Below are positions 9,378 through 19,005 of a DNA stretch of 64,000 nucleotides, one piece after another. Positions within the stretch are counted from its first letter, which is position 1. Each line of letters begins with the position of its first letter. This DNA comes from an uncultured virus (IMG/VR IMGVR_UViG_3300002460_000023) (taxonomy: Duplodnaviria; Heunggongvirae; Uroviricota; Caudoviricetes). The stretch is taken from IMG/VR virus record IMGVR_UViG_3300002460_000023, positions 1-64,000 of that record; one strand, given 5' to 3'. The position numbers were made by a program, and so were the translations under genes. The notes under the pieces were generated by a model. It saw nothing but the letters and a program-made list of their open reading frames with translations, was not told where the DNA came from and searched no databases.

Positions 9378-9614
9378 CTACTCGTCTTCCCAATCCTTAG
9401 CTTGCTGCTCCGTAGCCACGATCACTCGGATGATGGGTTTATGACACTTGAAACAGGCGACAACGAGTTCGCCCCCTGCTTTGTAGGAAACCTCTATCGC
9501 CGCTTTGGGGTGGCAAAGCTGGTGAAAGTAAAGCTCAGCATGATCCTCGTGCGTGCAATCGGGGGCGCTGCACCCTTTCGCGATCAGCGTGTCTAACTCT
9601 TCACGTGTGTTCAT
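9378..9614 (-). CDS. Small zinc-binding hypothetical protein
   Basis: CSAPDC, CH, CFKC. Confidence 0.6.
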   Translation of the reverse strand: MNTREELDTLIAKGCSAPDCTHEDHAELYFHQLCHPKAAIEVSYKAGGELVVACFKCHKPIIRVIVATEQQAKDWEDE

Positions 9615-9625
9615 TGTAATTACTC

Positions 9626-10153
9626 TTACCGGTATAACAAGTGAACAGGGTTTGTATCCGGGAGTATCTGAGTAGTTACCCGAGCACCATCTACGAAAAT
9701 GCCCATGCGGTTAGCCAAATGTACACGCAAAAGGGCCTTCACCGCAAGTAAGTACTTATGCCGCAAAGCAGTGTCCTGGCGGTGTACATGGAAGGCGTTG
9801 CTGAGCCAGGAAGTTGTTAAGAACGGATCGGTGCCTACAACCGTAAGCTCAGTCTTACCATTCTCATTAGTCCATTCATAGACACCGCTTTCAAGCCCAT
9901 CGCGGGGCATACCCAGATTATCTTCATAATTGTTAAGTGAAGCTATAGTCGTCATGAGCATATCGTGCGCTGGCGTTAGCGCTGGGTATTTCCCCCTCCA
10001 CTCCAGGCTGGGACGCTGACGTGGCCCCGGCATAGGACGTAGTCCCGGCGTAGCTTGATCCAAAGTGTTGTCGTTATGCTGGCGATAGTGCCAAGCATAG
10101 CTGCGTTGAGCATGCTGAGCCATAACTGTCAGTAAGTGCCCTTCTGCCTCCAT
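9626..10153 (-). CDS. Hypothetical protein
   Basis: Operon-packed ORF. Confidence 0.6.
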   Translation of the reverse strand: MEAEGHLLTVMAQHAQRSYAWHYRQHNDNTLDQATPGLRPMPGPRQRPSLEWRGKYPALTPAHDMLMTTIASLNNYEDNLGMPRDGLESGVYEWTNENGKTELTVVGTDPFLTTSWLSNAFHVHRQDTALRHKYLLAVKALLRVHLANRMGIFVDGARVTTQILPDTNPVHLLYR

Positions 10154-10416
10154 AATTCATCCACCAGCCACGCAGCGCCGTTCATAGACAAGTAGGCCAA
10201 TGTACTGAACCTACCAAGTGCGGTAGCCCGGAGGACTCTTGTCATATTTTGGACCTCTCTATACTGCGGTGGGCACCCACGAGAAAGCTTGATTTCGACA
10301 AAGCCGTCGGGATCGGCTTGGTCAATCTGACAGCCATAGAGAACCAGCCGATCCCCAACTATCGGTAGCTCATAAAGCTGCCCGTCGTGGCCCGCTGTCT
10401 TTAACTGGAAGGGCAT
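10129..10416 (-). CDS. Hypothetical protein
   Basis: Operon-packed ORF. Confidence 0.5.
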   Translation of the reverse strand: MPFQLKTAGHDGQLYELPIVGDRLVLYGCQIDQADPDGFVEIKLSRGCPPQYREVQNMTRVLRATALGRFSTLAYLSMNGAAWLVDELWRQKGTY

Positions 10417-10787
10417 GCCGTCACCACAACCTTGTATTCCGCGTGCGCAGCCATCCTAGCCAGAACCATCTTCAGCCTCTCCGCCCGGTTGTAAAAGCTC
10501 TTCGCTAAGTAGTTAGCTGTTCTTAGTTTGTCTCCCATACCCCGAAGGTAGCTTATCCAGAAGTGCATTGCTTCTACATCTTCTATGGGAACCACCAGAG
10601 CCTTTTCGTGTATCACATTCAGAGGCCCATAAATGACAATCGTTATGAGGTCTTCAGCATCCTCATCTAACACGAGGTAGCCATATGGCTTTTTATGAGC
10701 GTTATGGACATCCATGATGGCGTTGTAAACATCGTTCCTGTTGTAAACATCGTTCCTACAAGTAGCGAACCCCCTAGTGTCTGCCAT
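10401..10787 (-). CDS. Hypothetical protein
   Basis: Operon-packed; contains an RNDVYN duplication. Confidence 0.6.
   Translation of the reverse strand: MADTRGFATCRNDVYNRNDVYNAIMDVHNAHKKPYGYLVLDEDAEDLITIVIYGPLNVIHEKALVVPIEDVEAMHFWISYLRGMGDKLRTANYLAKSFYNRAERLKMVLARMAAHAEYKVVVTACPSS
10722..10757. repeat. 18-bp perfect tandem duplication
   Basis: gttgtaaacatcgttcct x2. Confidence 0.9.
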
Positions 10788-10791
10788 TAAG

Positions 10792-11751
10792 CTACACCGC
10801 CACTTCAGCCTTGGTCTTCTTGACGGACACGGCCTTCTTCACTACCGCCTTTTTGACGACCGCCCGCTTTACCGGGCTACCCGCTGCCCCCGCCACCGGA
10901 ACGCCCTCTATGATCCCCCGCGCGATTGCCAGGAGGCGATCACCGTCCAACTCGGTGGTACGCGGCTGGCTAAACGCCGCCTTGATCATTTCGACGTCGG
11001 CCATGTTCTCAAACCAGAAGGAGGCCTCATAGCGTTTGCGTTCCTGCCTGCCGTGCACCGTGGGGGCCTCACCACCCTCCGTAGTATGCCAGCTACCCTG
11101 ATTACCGCTCATCAAAACCAGCTCTGCCCGGCGCTCAGCTTCGATGTCGGTGAGGCCGCCCGTGCTCTTAAAGTGAGCCACGAGCTTGGCCTTACGCTCT
11201 TCCATGCTGAGAACACCCTCGCCAATCGCCTCAGACTGCTTGGCGTAGTGTTCCATCAGCGCAGTGAAGTCCTTCTTCTCGATGCCCAGCGAGTCCGCCG
11301 TTTCCATACCGTAGTGCTGAGCCAACTCGGCCACGTAACGGCTGTAACCGTCCATTTCCCACTCACCGTCGGCCACGTTGTCACGAATGACGATGGCCTT
11401 AGCTACCTCGTCGGTAACCTCCACAAAGCTGACGGGCATTGGAGGCACCACACAGCCTTCGGCCTTCATCTCCAGGATCACTCGACGCCGCATATTGCCA
11501 GCGAGCAGTTGGACAGCGCCGTCGGATCTTCTGCGGAGGGTAAACGGCTTGAATATACCGTAACGCCTGATGGACAGCTTCAGATGTTCCCTAGCTGCAT
11601 CGCTGATCGTTCGAGGGTTGGTTTCATTGGGTGGAACCTGCTCGATGTCCAAGAAGCTGTCAGCCGTGCACACCACACGAATCTCGTTCACGCCCACAAT
11701 CACCGCCTTCTTAGCAACGGTCTTCTTGGCTACAACCTTCTTAGCTTGCAT
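10792..11751 (-). CDS. ParB/Srx N-terminal domain protein with Lys-rich tails
   Basis: PNETNPRTIS...LKLSIRRYGIFKP...LLAGNMRR...IRDN; KKVVAKK and KKAVVKK at both termini. Confidence 0.8.
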   Translation of the reverse strand: MQAKKVVAKKTVAKKAVIVGVNEIRVVCTADSFLDIEQVPPNETNPRTISDAAREHLKLSIRRYGIFKPFTLRRRSDGAVQLLAGNMRRRVILEMKAEGCVVPPMPVSFVEVTDEVAKAIVIRDNVADGEWEMDGYSRYVAELAQHYGMETADSLGIEKKDFTALMEHYAKQSEAIGEGVLSMEERKAKLVAHFKSTGGLTDIEAERRAELVLMSGNQGSWHTTEGGEAPTVHGRQERKRYEASFWFENMADVEMIKAAFSQPRTTELDGDRLLAIARGIIEGVPVAGAAGSPVKRAVVKKAVVKKAVSVKKTKAEVAV

Positions 11752-14609
11752 TACACCCCTCCGGTGAATTGGCTCACGCCGTTGGCCTTACTTACCGAGA
11801 TAGTTTCAGACACTGTTGCTAGTGCTTGAATAGCGGCTACATGAGAAATCATCACAACCTGTCTGTTCATACTACGCAGCATATCCACTAAACCTTCGGC
11901 GCCGTCAGCATCCAACCCCGAGTCCAGCTCGTCAACAAACATAACATTGAACTGTCCAACAGCGGCTACTAGCAGGTCATAAAGAGCAAACTGCACACAA
12001 ACGTTCACCCTAGCCCGTTCCCCGGTAGACATGTTGTTGTACGGTGAACCATCTGCCTCTATGACAATGGCTCCCTTGTCTTCATCGATGCTTAGGGCCA
12101 GTTGTGGGGTACCGGCAAAATACGTGTCTGAATAGTAACGGGCCCTGGCATCCAGTTGAGCGACAACACCGCCAAGAGCAAGCGTTTGAATACCCTTTGG
12201 TGAGAAAGCATCCTTCCAATAGCCAGCCAACACAGCATCAAAGTGCTGTTTGTCAAGCTCAGCAGCTTTAGATAGCTCAGCCACCTTAGCTTGGGCTACT
12301 CTGTCTTCAAATGGCTGCAAATCTTCACTGCTGTTCAACACGTTCTGCCAGTGCTGCACCCACTTCTCAGCGTTGACTATTTCAGATTCAATCGTCTGTT
12401 TACGCATAATGAATTCATCATGCACACGCCGGGCCTTATCCACGTCTCTGTGCGCAGAGGCTTCTTCTATAACTGCCCATCGCATCTTTGTGGCAGTACG
12501 GCTTGCCAGCTTGTCAAGAGCGTGCGACACAGAAAGGGCTTCCGCAATCTGCCCAACCACCGAACTGCGGTCAATGGGTTGCCCACAAGCCACGCACACC
12601 GGCTTCAAACTTTTCAGCCTTTCCACTTCTCGTTTTCTACTACGGCTCTGATCAGCCAGACGGTTGTACGCTTGAGACCACAGGTTAACTTGCGACCTCC
12701 ATTTTTCGGCCTGGTCGGCAGCCACTGTTGCCTGGTCGGCAGGGGACGTCGCCATGTGGCGTTCCAGAACAAGAAGATCAGCTTTAACGGCCTCCTGCAT
12801 AGCGTGCAGTTGCCTCTGTGCTTCAGTGTCGGCTGTTTGCTTCCTAGCCTGTGCCGCCACCAACGCCTGTTCAGCAGACTCCCGTTGTGCCTGTAAGCGA
12901 GCCTGTTCCGTTTCTATTGTTTGCACGTTCGCCAGCGCAAAACGTTCTTGCTTGAAGAAGAAGTCACGCATTTGTTCATAAACGTCTACTGCGAGCACCC
13001 GGTCCAACATACGCCGCTTCTGAACCTCTGTACCCGTGTTAAAGAAGCCAGTGGCCTCACCAGACAGGGCTACCAAGTCGTTAAACGTTTCAAGGTCTAG
13101 CCCCAGCAAGTCGTTAAGAACCTGCTGCCGATGATCGGCCCGCATACCCTTTGTGGTTTCTACCCCGTCAAGCCAGACCTCAAGTGCGTTACCCCCGGTT
13201 TCGTGCTTTCTGAAGCGAGTAACCCATACATGACTGCCACCGGCCTGCATCTCTAGGCAGACATTGGTACCCGGGGCCGGGTTTCCCCGCCTCACCACGC
13301 CCTCTGCTGTCAGGCCCCGCTGAGTTTTGCCGTAGAGACACCAAACTAGCGCCTCTACAATGGAAGACTTGCCGCTACCGTTTTTGCCCAGTACCAACCT
13401 GAAGGGTGCGTCGAATGACAAGTCAAACGCAGCCACAGACATGAAGTTTACAAGACTCAAGCTCTGAAAGGTAAACTGCTTGGACAGTTTCTTGCTAGGC
13501 TGTGCCACCCGCAGCGCGTCCAGCACAGCTTTGCGGTAATCGCCCGCGCCGGTTACCGGGTTCTTCTGTAGCCACACATCGACAAGCTGCTCGGTGGTCA
13601 ACAGCGACATAGCCTCTGTCACGTTTACCGGTTTGGGCACCTGCACGGCAGAATATGTCTTGAAGCCACTTCCAAGATTTGCCGCGTAGCCCGCATTGCC
13701 CTCTACCATAGCGCGAACGTGCAAGCTGCTCGCTTCAACGTGTGGCGGTATCCGCTTGAGCTGGTTGCTTACCTCCAGGCCCGTACCCCGAACAACCAAA
13801 AACTCATCTGTGTGTGGGTTACCCAACCAAAAGAGGTTGAACTCTCCTATGCTTCTACAAGGCACTTCAGGCCCAAGACCATACCGGGCACGGGCCTGTA
13901 ATTCGCTCATACGGAGTGCTAAGAGCAGGATGCCCCTTGGGTAGTCCCCATACCCGTCCTTGTAGTTACGGGCGACCAGTGAGCCCGGTGTCACGACCCA
14001 GCCTCCTCCTACACGGAGGGCGCCGGGCTTGTGGTAGTGCCCGCTTACTATAAGCCTATTGAGCCGTGGTTTCAAGCCCTTTTCTTCAAACTTACCGGGG
14101 CCAACTGGATACCCATGAATCGTGCAGTGCACCACAGAGAATAGAGCTTTCTGTGTAGCTTGTCCCTCACAGCCAGTAGGGATTATTTCATACTTTATAC
14201 CCTGCATCCCAAACTCGGTCCATTCCTTCACACAGTCAAAGTGAGGTACCGTTGTCAGGGTATCGCCGTACTTGTCGTGATTACCCAGCACGTACACGAA
14301 TGGTATATCGTGCTGTTCACACCTGTGCCCTATGGTGTTCATACCAAAGGTGGCTACATTCAACGCGGCAACGTCTACGTACTTGCTTGTTTCAAAGGTA
14401 TCGCCAAGGTTCACCACTACATCCGGCTGGATATCGTTTACCTTGTCGGCCACCCACTGGAACGCCTGCTGCTGTTGGACCAACAGGGTTGTAAGTCCAC
14501 CCGGCTCTGGCGTTGAGTACTCATTAGAGGGATGAACGTGCGTATCGCCATAAAAAAGAAAGAGCACGGGTGGGTGACCCGTGCGCTGAAGTTTGTCTAT
14601 GACGCGCAT
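11751..14609 (-). CDS. Fused Mre11/SbcD nuclease - Rad50/SbcC ATPase
   Basis: GDTH, GDTFE, GNHD, GHYH phosphoesterase motifs; GKNGSGKSS, CVAC zinc hook, MSTGE signature, VDE Walker B, ISH. Confidence 0.9.
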   Translation of the reverse strand: MRVIDKLQRTGHPPVLFLFYGDTHVHPSNEYSTPEPGGLTTLLVQQQQAFQWVADKVNDIQPDVVVNLGDTFETSKYVDVAALNVATFGMNTIGHRCEQHDIPFVYVLGNHDKYGDTLTTVPHFDCVKEWTEFGMQGIKYEIIPTGCEGQATQKALFSVVHCTIHGYPVGPGKFEEKGLKPRLNRLIVSGHYHKPGALRVGGGWVVTPGSLVARNYKDGYGDYPRGILLLALRMSELQARARYGLGPEVPCRSIGEFNLFWLGNPHTDEFLVVRGTGLEVSNQLKRIPPHVEASSLHVRAMVEGNAGYAANLGSGFKTYSAVQVPKPVNVTEAMSLLTTEQLVDVWLQKNPVTGAGDYRKAVLDALRVAQPSKKLSKQFTFQSLSLVNFMSVAAFDLSFDAPFRLVLGKNGSGKSSIVEALVWCLYGKTQRGLTAEGVVRRGNPAPGTNVCLEMQAGGSHVWVTRFRKHETGGNALEVWLDGVETTKGMRADHRQQVLNDLLGLDLETFNDLVALSGEATGFFNTGTEVQKRRMLDRVLAVDVYEQMRDFFFKQERFALANVQTIETEQARLQAQRESAEQALVAAQARKQTADTEAQRQLHAMQEAVKADLLVLERHMATSPADQATVAADQAEKWRSQVNLWSQAYNRLADQSRSRKREVERLKSLKPVCVACGQPIDRSSVVGQIAEALSVSHALDKLASRTATKMRWAVIEEASAHRDVDKARRVHDEFIMRKQTIESEIVNAEKWVQHWQNVLNSSEDLQPFEDRVAQAKVAELSKAAELDKQHFDAVLAGYWKDAFSPKGIQTLALGGVVAQLDARARYYSDTYFAGTPQLALSIDEDKGAIVIEADGSPYNNMSTGERARVNVCVQFALYDLLVAAVGQFNVMFVDELDSGLDADGAEGLVDMLRSMNRQVVMISHVAAIQALATVSETISVSKANGVSQFTGGV

Positions 14610-14611
14610 TC

Positions 14612-15157
14612 CTACGCTTCCTTCTCGAATACGGTGAACGCCCGCAAACGGTTGTTCTGCCCCACCATCACACCGGCAACGGCAACGAACCGAGCACCCT
14701 CTGGCGTTTTGGGCACAAGATAGTGGATGATCCCCACACGGCCGCCAAGCCGTAGAGCCACCATAGCGTTCGCAAGCAACGAACCCGGCCTTGGGTACTT
14801 GCTTGAGCCTACTTTGTAATTCGCGGCCTCTTCTTCACTGTAGGGCGGGTCCATGAGTATTGCCCGCCAGAGGCCCCTGTCACTCAGAGGGTAGGGTAAC
14901 CGGGCGTCCTGCAGGAAGTCGGGGCTAGTCTCAGGGTCCAGGTCCAGTGTCTTGTCGTAGGGCCCAAAACCACGAGAGTATGGATAGAATCTAGCCATAC
15001 CCCCGCACACGTGTAAGACAGGCGTATTCAGGCTGGCTCCCAGTAGGACCCTTGCTCGCTCCGGGAATCCACCAGGGTAAGCTCCGTAGTAACGACGCCC
15101 CTCTTTCAACTTAGCACGGGCAAGTATCCACATGTCGGTTATCGGCCGGTAGCTCAA
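14612..15157 (-). CDS. Small amino-methyltransferase (DPPY), putative DNA adenine methylase
   Basis: LHVCGG, LDLDP...DA, ILMDPPYS. Confidence 0.7.
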   Translation of the reverse strand: MSYRPITDMWILARAKLKEGRRYYGAYPGGFPERARVLLGASLNTPVLHVCGGMARFYPYSRGFGPYDKTLDLDPETSPDFLQDARLPYPLSDRGLWRAILMDPPYSEEEAANYKVGSSKYPRPGSLLANAMVALRLGGRVGIIHYLVPKTPEGARFVAVAGVMVGQNNRLRAFTVFEKEA

Positions 15158-15804
15158 CCCTTGCGCTCCATATCCCCTGGAGTTGTCCTGTCCACCACCC
15201 GGATTGGAAACGCCACATCATCGTCATTGGATAGGGGCACTAGCCAACGCAGGTTCTTCATGATACGATCCTCAGAACTGGCTACAAGCCAGTCAAGGTT
15301 AGTCTGAACAATATCTTCATGGCTGCTACCGTGCTTTGGTCCGTAAAACATGGGGGAAATGCTGCGGAAGAACCAGACGAAGTTCTTACCATGCTCCAGG
15401 AGCACGGTGCACGCCCAGTCATCCTCGAATGTTTGTACGCCCGTTTCTTCCAGAAACTCTCGGACCATCGCGTCAGTAGGGCTCTCCCCGTCCTCTATGC
15501 CGCCGCCAATCCCGTTGAGCTTCCCCGCTTGCCACGCGGGTTTCTTCTTCCGGACCAGCAGCACAGCCGTTCGCTCTGGGTTGAACATAAACCCGCAGAC
15601 GTAGAACCCTTCGATGGTAGCCCCAACGTTTTCCGACGTGAGCGCGATACCGTGCATATCCAGCACTACCCGACCGCCGTCTTCCATGATAGCGTGCTGA
15701 TAGTCCGCGTCTTTCAAGCGCCCGCATATTTCAGTAAACGTCAGGGTGCTTACTTCCATCTCTGCAAAGGTATGGGTCTGGCGTAGCATTCGCTTAGCCC
15801 TCAC
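15154..15804 (-). CDS. Nudix hydrolase with N-terminal extension
   Basis: Nudix box GGGIEDGESPTDAMVREFLEETGV. Confidence 0.9.
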   Translation of the reverse strand: MRAKRMLRQTHTFAEMEVSTLTFTEICGRLKDADYQHAIMEDGGRVVLDMHGIALTSENVGATIEGFYVCGFMFNPERTAVLLVRKKKPAWQAGKLNGIGGGIEDGESPTDAMVREFLEETGVQTFEDDWACTVLLEHGKNFVWFFRSISPMFYGPKHGSSHEDIVQTNLDWLVASSEDRIMKNLRWLVPLSNDDDVAFPIRVVDRTTPGDMERKG

Positions 15805-16832
15805 TGTTTACCACGACAGATACGCTGCCCCAACTCAGGCAGCTTACGGATGGTTTCCATCAAAGCGTCCTTCCCCTGCCAACGCATCTTTCCGTGGTTG
15901 TACCACGACCCCGTCACTGTTAAAGTGCCCTGCCGTTTACCTAGCTCGATGATACATTCAGGGTCGTCCCACATCTGACCAGTCCGCAGGTTCACATGGT
16001 AGGTAGATTCACACAAAGGCAGACCAAGCTGGTTCTTTATGCACTGAATGCGCACCACACCCTCACTAGCTGCCGTCTTGAACAGCCTGTCCCCCTTGTC
16101 GTCCCGAAGCAAGCTCATTGACTCGATGTTCAACCGCACCCGGCAGAAGTGCTTGATAGCCCCCGCCCCCTTACTGTCCGCGCGGTAGCTATCTTCGATG
16201 TTCATGCGCTTGCTGTGGTTAATGATGATGAACATACAGCGGGTACTGGCAAACGAAGGTAGCCCCGCTTCTGGCCAACCACTTTCCAAGCGGTGCAGCA
16301 TATTCGTCATGAACGCCGCTTGCTCGTTCTGCTGGTTCATCTTCAGGTTGCTTGTCGTCGCCGACATAACCTCTTCAGGTACCATGCTAGAGGCACTGTC
16401 CAGCACGATCATCCGGTAACCACCTGAGATAGCGGCCCGGATACAGCCTTCATAGTGTTCAGCCGAGCCAAGGCCGTGTGCTATCTTAGTCCGGCTAAGA
16501 TTCATCCCATTCAGCGACATCCAGGCAGGCACGTGGCTACCCTCAACGTCACACCAGAGCACAAACGCTTCAGGGTCGCGGGCGTGCAGCATCGCCGCCA
16601 TGTGTATGGCAAAGAGAGTTTTCCCAGACGATTCTAAACCAAATAGCTCTATTCCGTAACCAAACGGGAGGCCCCCAAGACCCAGTACACCGTGATCCAC
16701 AGCAGGCAGGCCAGTGGAAAGAAATTCCACGTTGCGGAAGCTGTCAGACACTTCATCAGCCGTGGGCATTTCATCCAGCAGCTTGCGGAACATGTTGGCA
16801 GCCTGTGTAACCGTCAGCGTTTTGTTGTCCAA
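15801..16832 (-). CDS. recA: RecA/UvsX recombinase
   Basis: STGLPAVD...GGLPFG, ELFGLESSGKT, IVLDS, IKNQLGLP, GSWY...QGKD. Confidence 0.9.
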   Translation of the reverse strand: MDNKTLTVTQAANMFRKLLDEMPTADEVSDSFRNVEFLSTGLPAVDHGVLGLGGLPFGYGIELFGLESSGKTLFAIHMAAMLHARDPEAFVLWCDVEGSHVPAWMSLNGMNLSRTKIAHGLGSAEHYEGCIRAAISGGYRMIVLDSASSMVPEEVMSATTSNLKMNQQNEQAAFMTNMLHRLESGWPEAGLPSFASTRCMFIIINHSKRMNIEDSYRADSKGAGAIKHFCRVRLNIESMSLLRDDKGDRLFKTAASEGVVRIQCIKNQLGLPLCESTYHVNLRTGQMWDDPECIIELGKRQGTLTVTGSWYNHGKMRWQGKDALMETIRKLPELGQRICRGKQ

Positions 16833-17401
16833 CGCATTGCCTCCTGCTTGGCTCTACGTAGGTAGAGCCGGTGATAAACGTCTGACCACCGAGTACATAG
16901 AAAAGCCGCCCCAGCGTCGGTGATATGCTCTTGCAGACCCTCCGGGCGGTAGTCGTGAAGTTGAGGCCATTGCTCATAGACGGCTTCAGCTACTTCTTCC
17001 TTGCTGGACTGTTTGCTGCCCCCTATAGCCAGCTTGCTGTCATAAGGGGATATGGCGATCATTGGTATCTGCATGTAGAACGCAGCCGCAGTCAGCACCG
17101 CCGTCGCCATACCTAATGCCTTCGTGCTTATGGCACTCTGCGAGCCTCCCATAGGCAACTCCACGGCCATACCGCCAACATCCTCACGTTCTACAATCTC
17201 CTTCAGCCCAGCTACTAGAAGACGTATGCGTGTAACATCATCCTCAGCGATGCTGATGCTCTGTGCTTTCCGCACCTTGGGCTTGGTTCGAGACGTACGC
17301 AAGACCCCGAAGCCCCGCAGGTCCAAAGTAAAGGGGTCGGCCACCACCCAGCCAATATTGCTGAATGCGGCATCGACCCCCATGTAGTTCAATGCAGACA
17401 T
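16814..17401 (-). CDS. ruvC: RuvC-like Holliday junction resolvase
   Basis: MGVDAAFSNIGW, AVE, SK..IGG...SKEEV, EHITDA. Confidence 0.85.
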   Translation of the reverse strand: MSALNYMGVDAAFSNIGWVVADPFTLDLRGFGVLRTSRTKPKVRKAQSISIAEDDVTRIRLLVAGLKEIVEREDVGGMAVELPMGGSQSAISTKALGMATAVLTAAAFYMQIPMIAISPYDSKLAIGGSKQSSKEEVAEAVYEQWPQLHDYRPEGLQEHITDAGAAFLCTRWSDVYHRLYLRRAKQEAMRWTTKR

Positions 17402-18949
17402 CTAGAACGACGCCGGAAGGGCCTCGCCCTCTGCCCATTCGCTCACTTGCTGATCACGCATGGTAGCCACGAGGTGCAGGCTGTTCCGTGGCACCACGTA
17501 GACGGTACCATCAGCTCCGGTTACGTGTGCGTCAGCTCCATCAAAAGCTTTCAGTGTGTAGTGCATGCCTTCACCATCTTCGTCACACCACACGATGCTG
17601 CCTTCAACAAGCTCAGCCGCCGCTGCCACAACCTTCTTGGCAGGCGCTTTCTTTACAACTGCCTTCTTGGCGACCACCGGCTTTGCAGGAGCAGCGGTTG
17701 GGGCCGGGCGCAAGGTAACAGGGGCAACCGGCGTTGCCATCGCAGGGGCCTTGGCAGGAGCCTTTACAGCCGCCTTCTTTACCGGCTTGGGCGCCGTTGC
17801 CGCAGATTTCAGGTGGCACTCACTGGCGGGCACGTCATAAAAGTTGGCTCCATCGGTAACCTTCACCAGATCAGCCGTAGCCTCTACAACCTTCCAGTCC
17901 ACCGCTTCTCCGTCCTCATCACACCAGACCAGATCACCCGGCAGGAACATGTCCTTAAGGCTAGAAGGCTGCGCCGCGTGTTTTGCGGGCCGCTTGACAG
18001 GGGCTGGGCTGGAAACCGGCGCCGTTCGCCTCGGCGGGAGCGCGGGCATGGAGACCATGGTACCAGCATTGGCCCCCAACAGAGGCAAGCCCAACTGCTC
18101 AATGGCGTTCGTCATTGCGGGGCGTATTGCCTCGGGGAAGATCTCGTCGTCGTTCCGGGTGATGTAGTCCAGCTTGATGGGGTATTGCTCTAGCATCGCC
18201 AGGATTTCTTCCTCAGACACTGGAGCCGTCTCTGTAGTGAAGTCCAGGTCGGCGCTACGGATAGCGTCTAGCTCAGCCTGCGTGAATACACCCTCGTTGA
18301 CCCAATCAAAGTCAGGGGGAACACCCTGCCGCCACTCCAGGGGCACGCGCCCCGCCCAAGGATTCTCCACCACGTCTACCCGGTAACGGGTCTTCTGGTC
18401 GGCCGACCGCCGGTCTACGCCCTTGCTTTCTTCCAGAAACTTCACGGAATACATGTCGTAGAAATTCATCGGCCCCCACTTCAGCACTGCGGGGTCCGTT
18501 GGCTTCGGCGTGGTGTTATACTCCGTGATCTGCTTCGCCTGGGTCCAGTTAGCCGAGTACAGAACCGGCTTTGGGTTGATGTGGTGATCGGGCACCCGTT
18601 TGTCGAAGATCGCAAACAGGTAGGTGGACCGACGGTTGAACGTGCAGTTGGGACGACCCTTGGCTGCCCCGCGTTCAACCGCATAGGACTGCCTGATTGC
18701 CATTTCCTTGGCGCCCAACCGGTCCAGCACGGTGTTCTTGTCCTCGGGGTTGAGGCGGACACTGCGCCACGTAGGCTCAACCTGCCCAGACTGGTTGCTC
18801 ACGGCCTCCGTCGGCCACATGATCGTGTGGATGGTATCGCCGCCCTCGATGAATCGGAACAGGTGTTCACCGATGTCAAGGTCATTGTACTTCAGAACAC
18901 TGGTCCAGTCACGCCTCGGGGCTACGTGTCTTCCTGGGTTAAGAGCCAT
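17402..18949 (-). CDS. gp32-like ssDNA-binding protein with C-terminal SH3-like repeats and Ala/Lys/Pro linkers
   Basis: N-terminal GEHLFRFI...YLFAIFDKR...YDM...KTRYRV pattern; position next to UvsY/RuvC/RecA; two G.lVWCDEDGE repeats. Confidence 0.6.
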   Translation of the reverse strand: MALNPGRHVAPRRDWTSVLKYNDLDIGEHLFRFIEGGDTIHTIMWPTEAVSNQSGQVEPTWRSVRLNPEDKNTVLDRLGAKEMAIRQSYAVERGAAKGRPNCTFNRRSTYLFAIFDKRVPDHHINPKPVLYSANWTQAKQITEYNTTPKPTDPAVLKWGPMNFYDMYSVKFLEESKGVDRRSADQKTRYRVDVVENPWAGRVPLEWRQGVPPDFDWVNEGVFTQAELDAIRSADLDFTTETAPVSEEEILAMLEQYPIKLDYITRNDDEIFPEAIRPAMTNAIEQLGLPLLGANAGTMVSMPALPPRRTAPVSSPAPVKRPAKHAAQPSSLKDMFLPGDLVWCDEDGEAVDWKVVEATADLVKVTDGANFYDVPASECHLKSAATAPKPVKKAAVKAPAKAPAMATPVAPVTLRPAPTAAPAKPVVAKKAVVKKAPAKKVVAAAAELVEGSIVWCDEDGEGMHYTLKAFDGADAHVTGADGTVYVVPRNSLHLVATMRDQQVSEWAEGEALPASF

Positions 18950-19005
18950 ACCGAATCACTCTCCTTTATCGAAGTAGAACAGGACCCAATTTAGCACTCC
19001 GGGTT

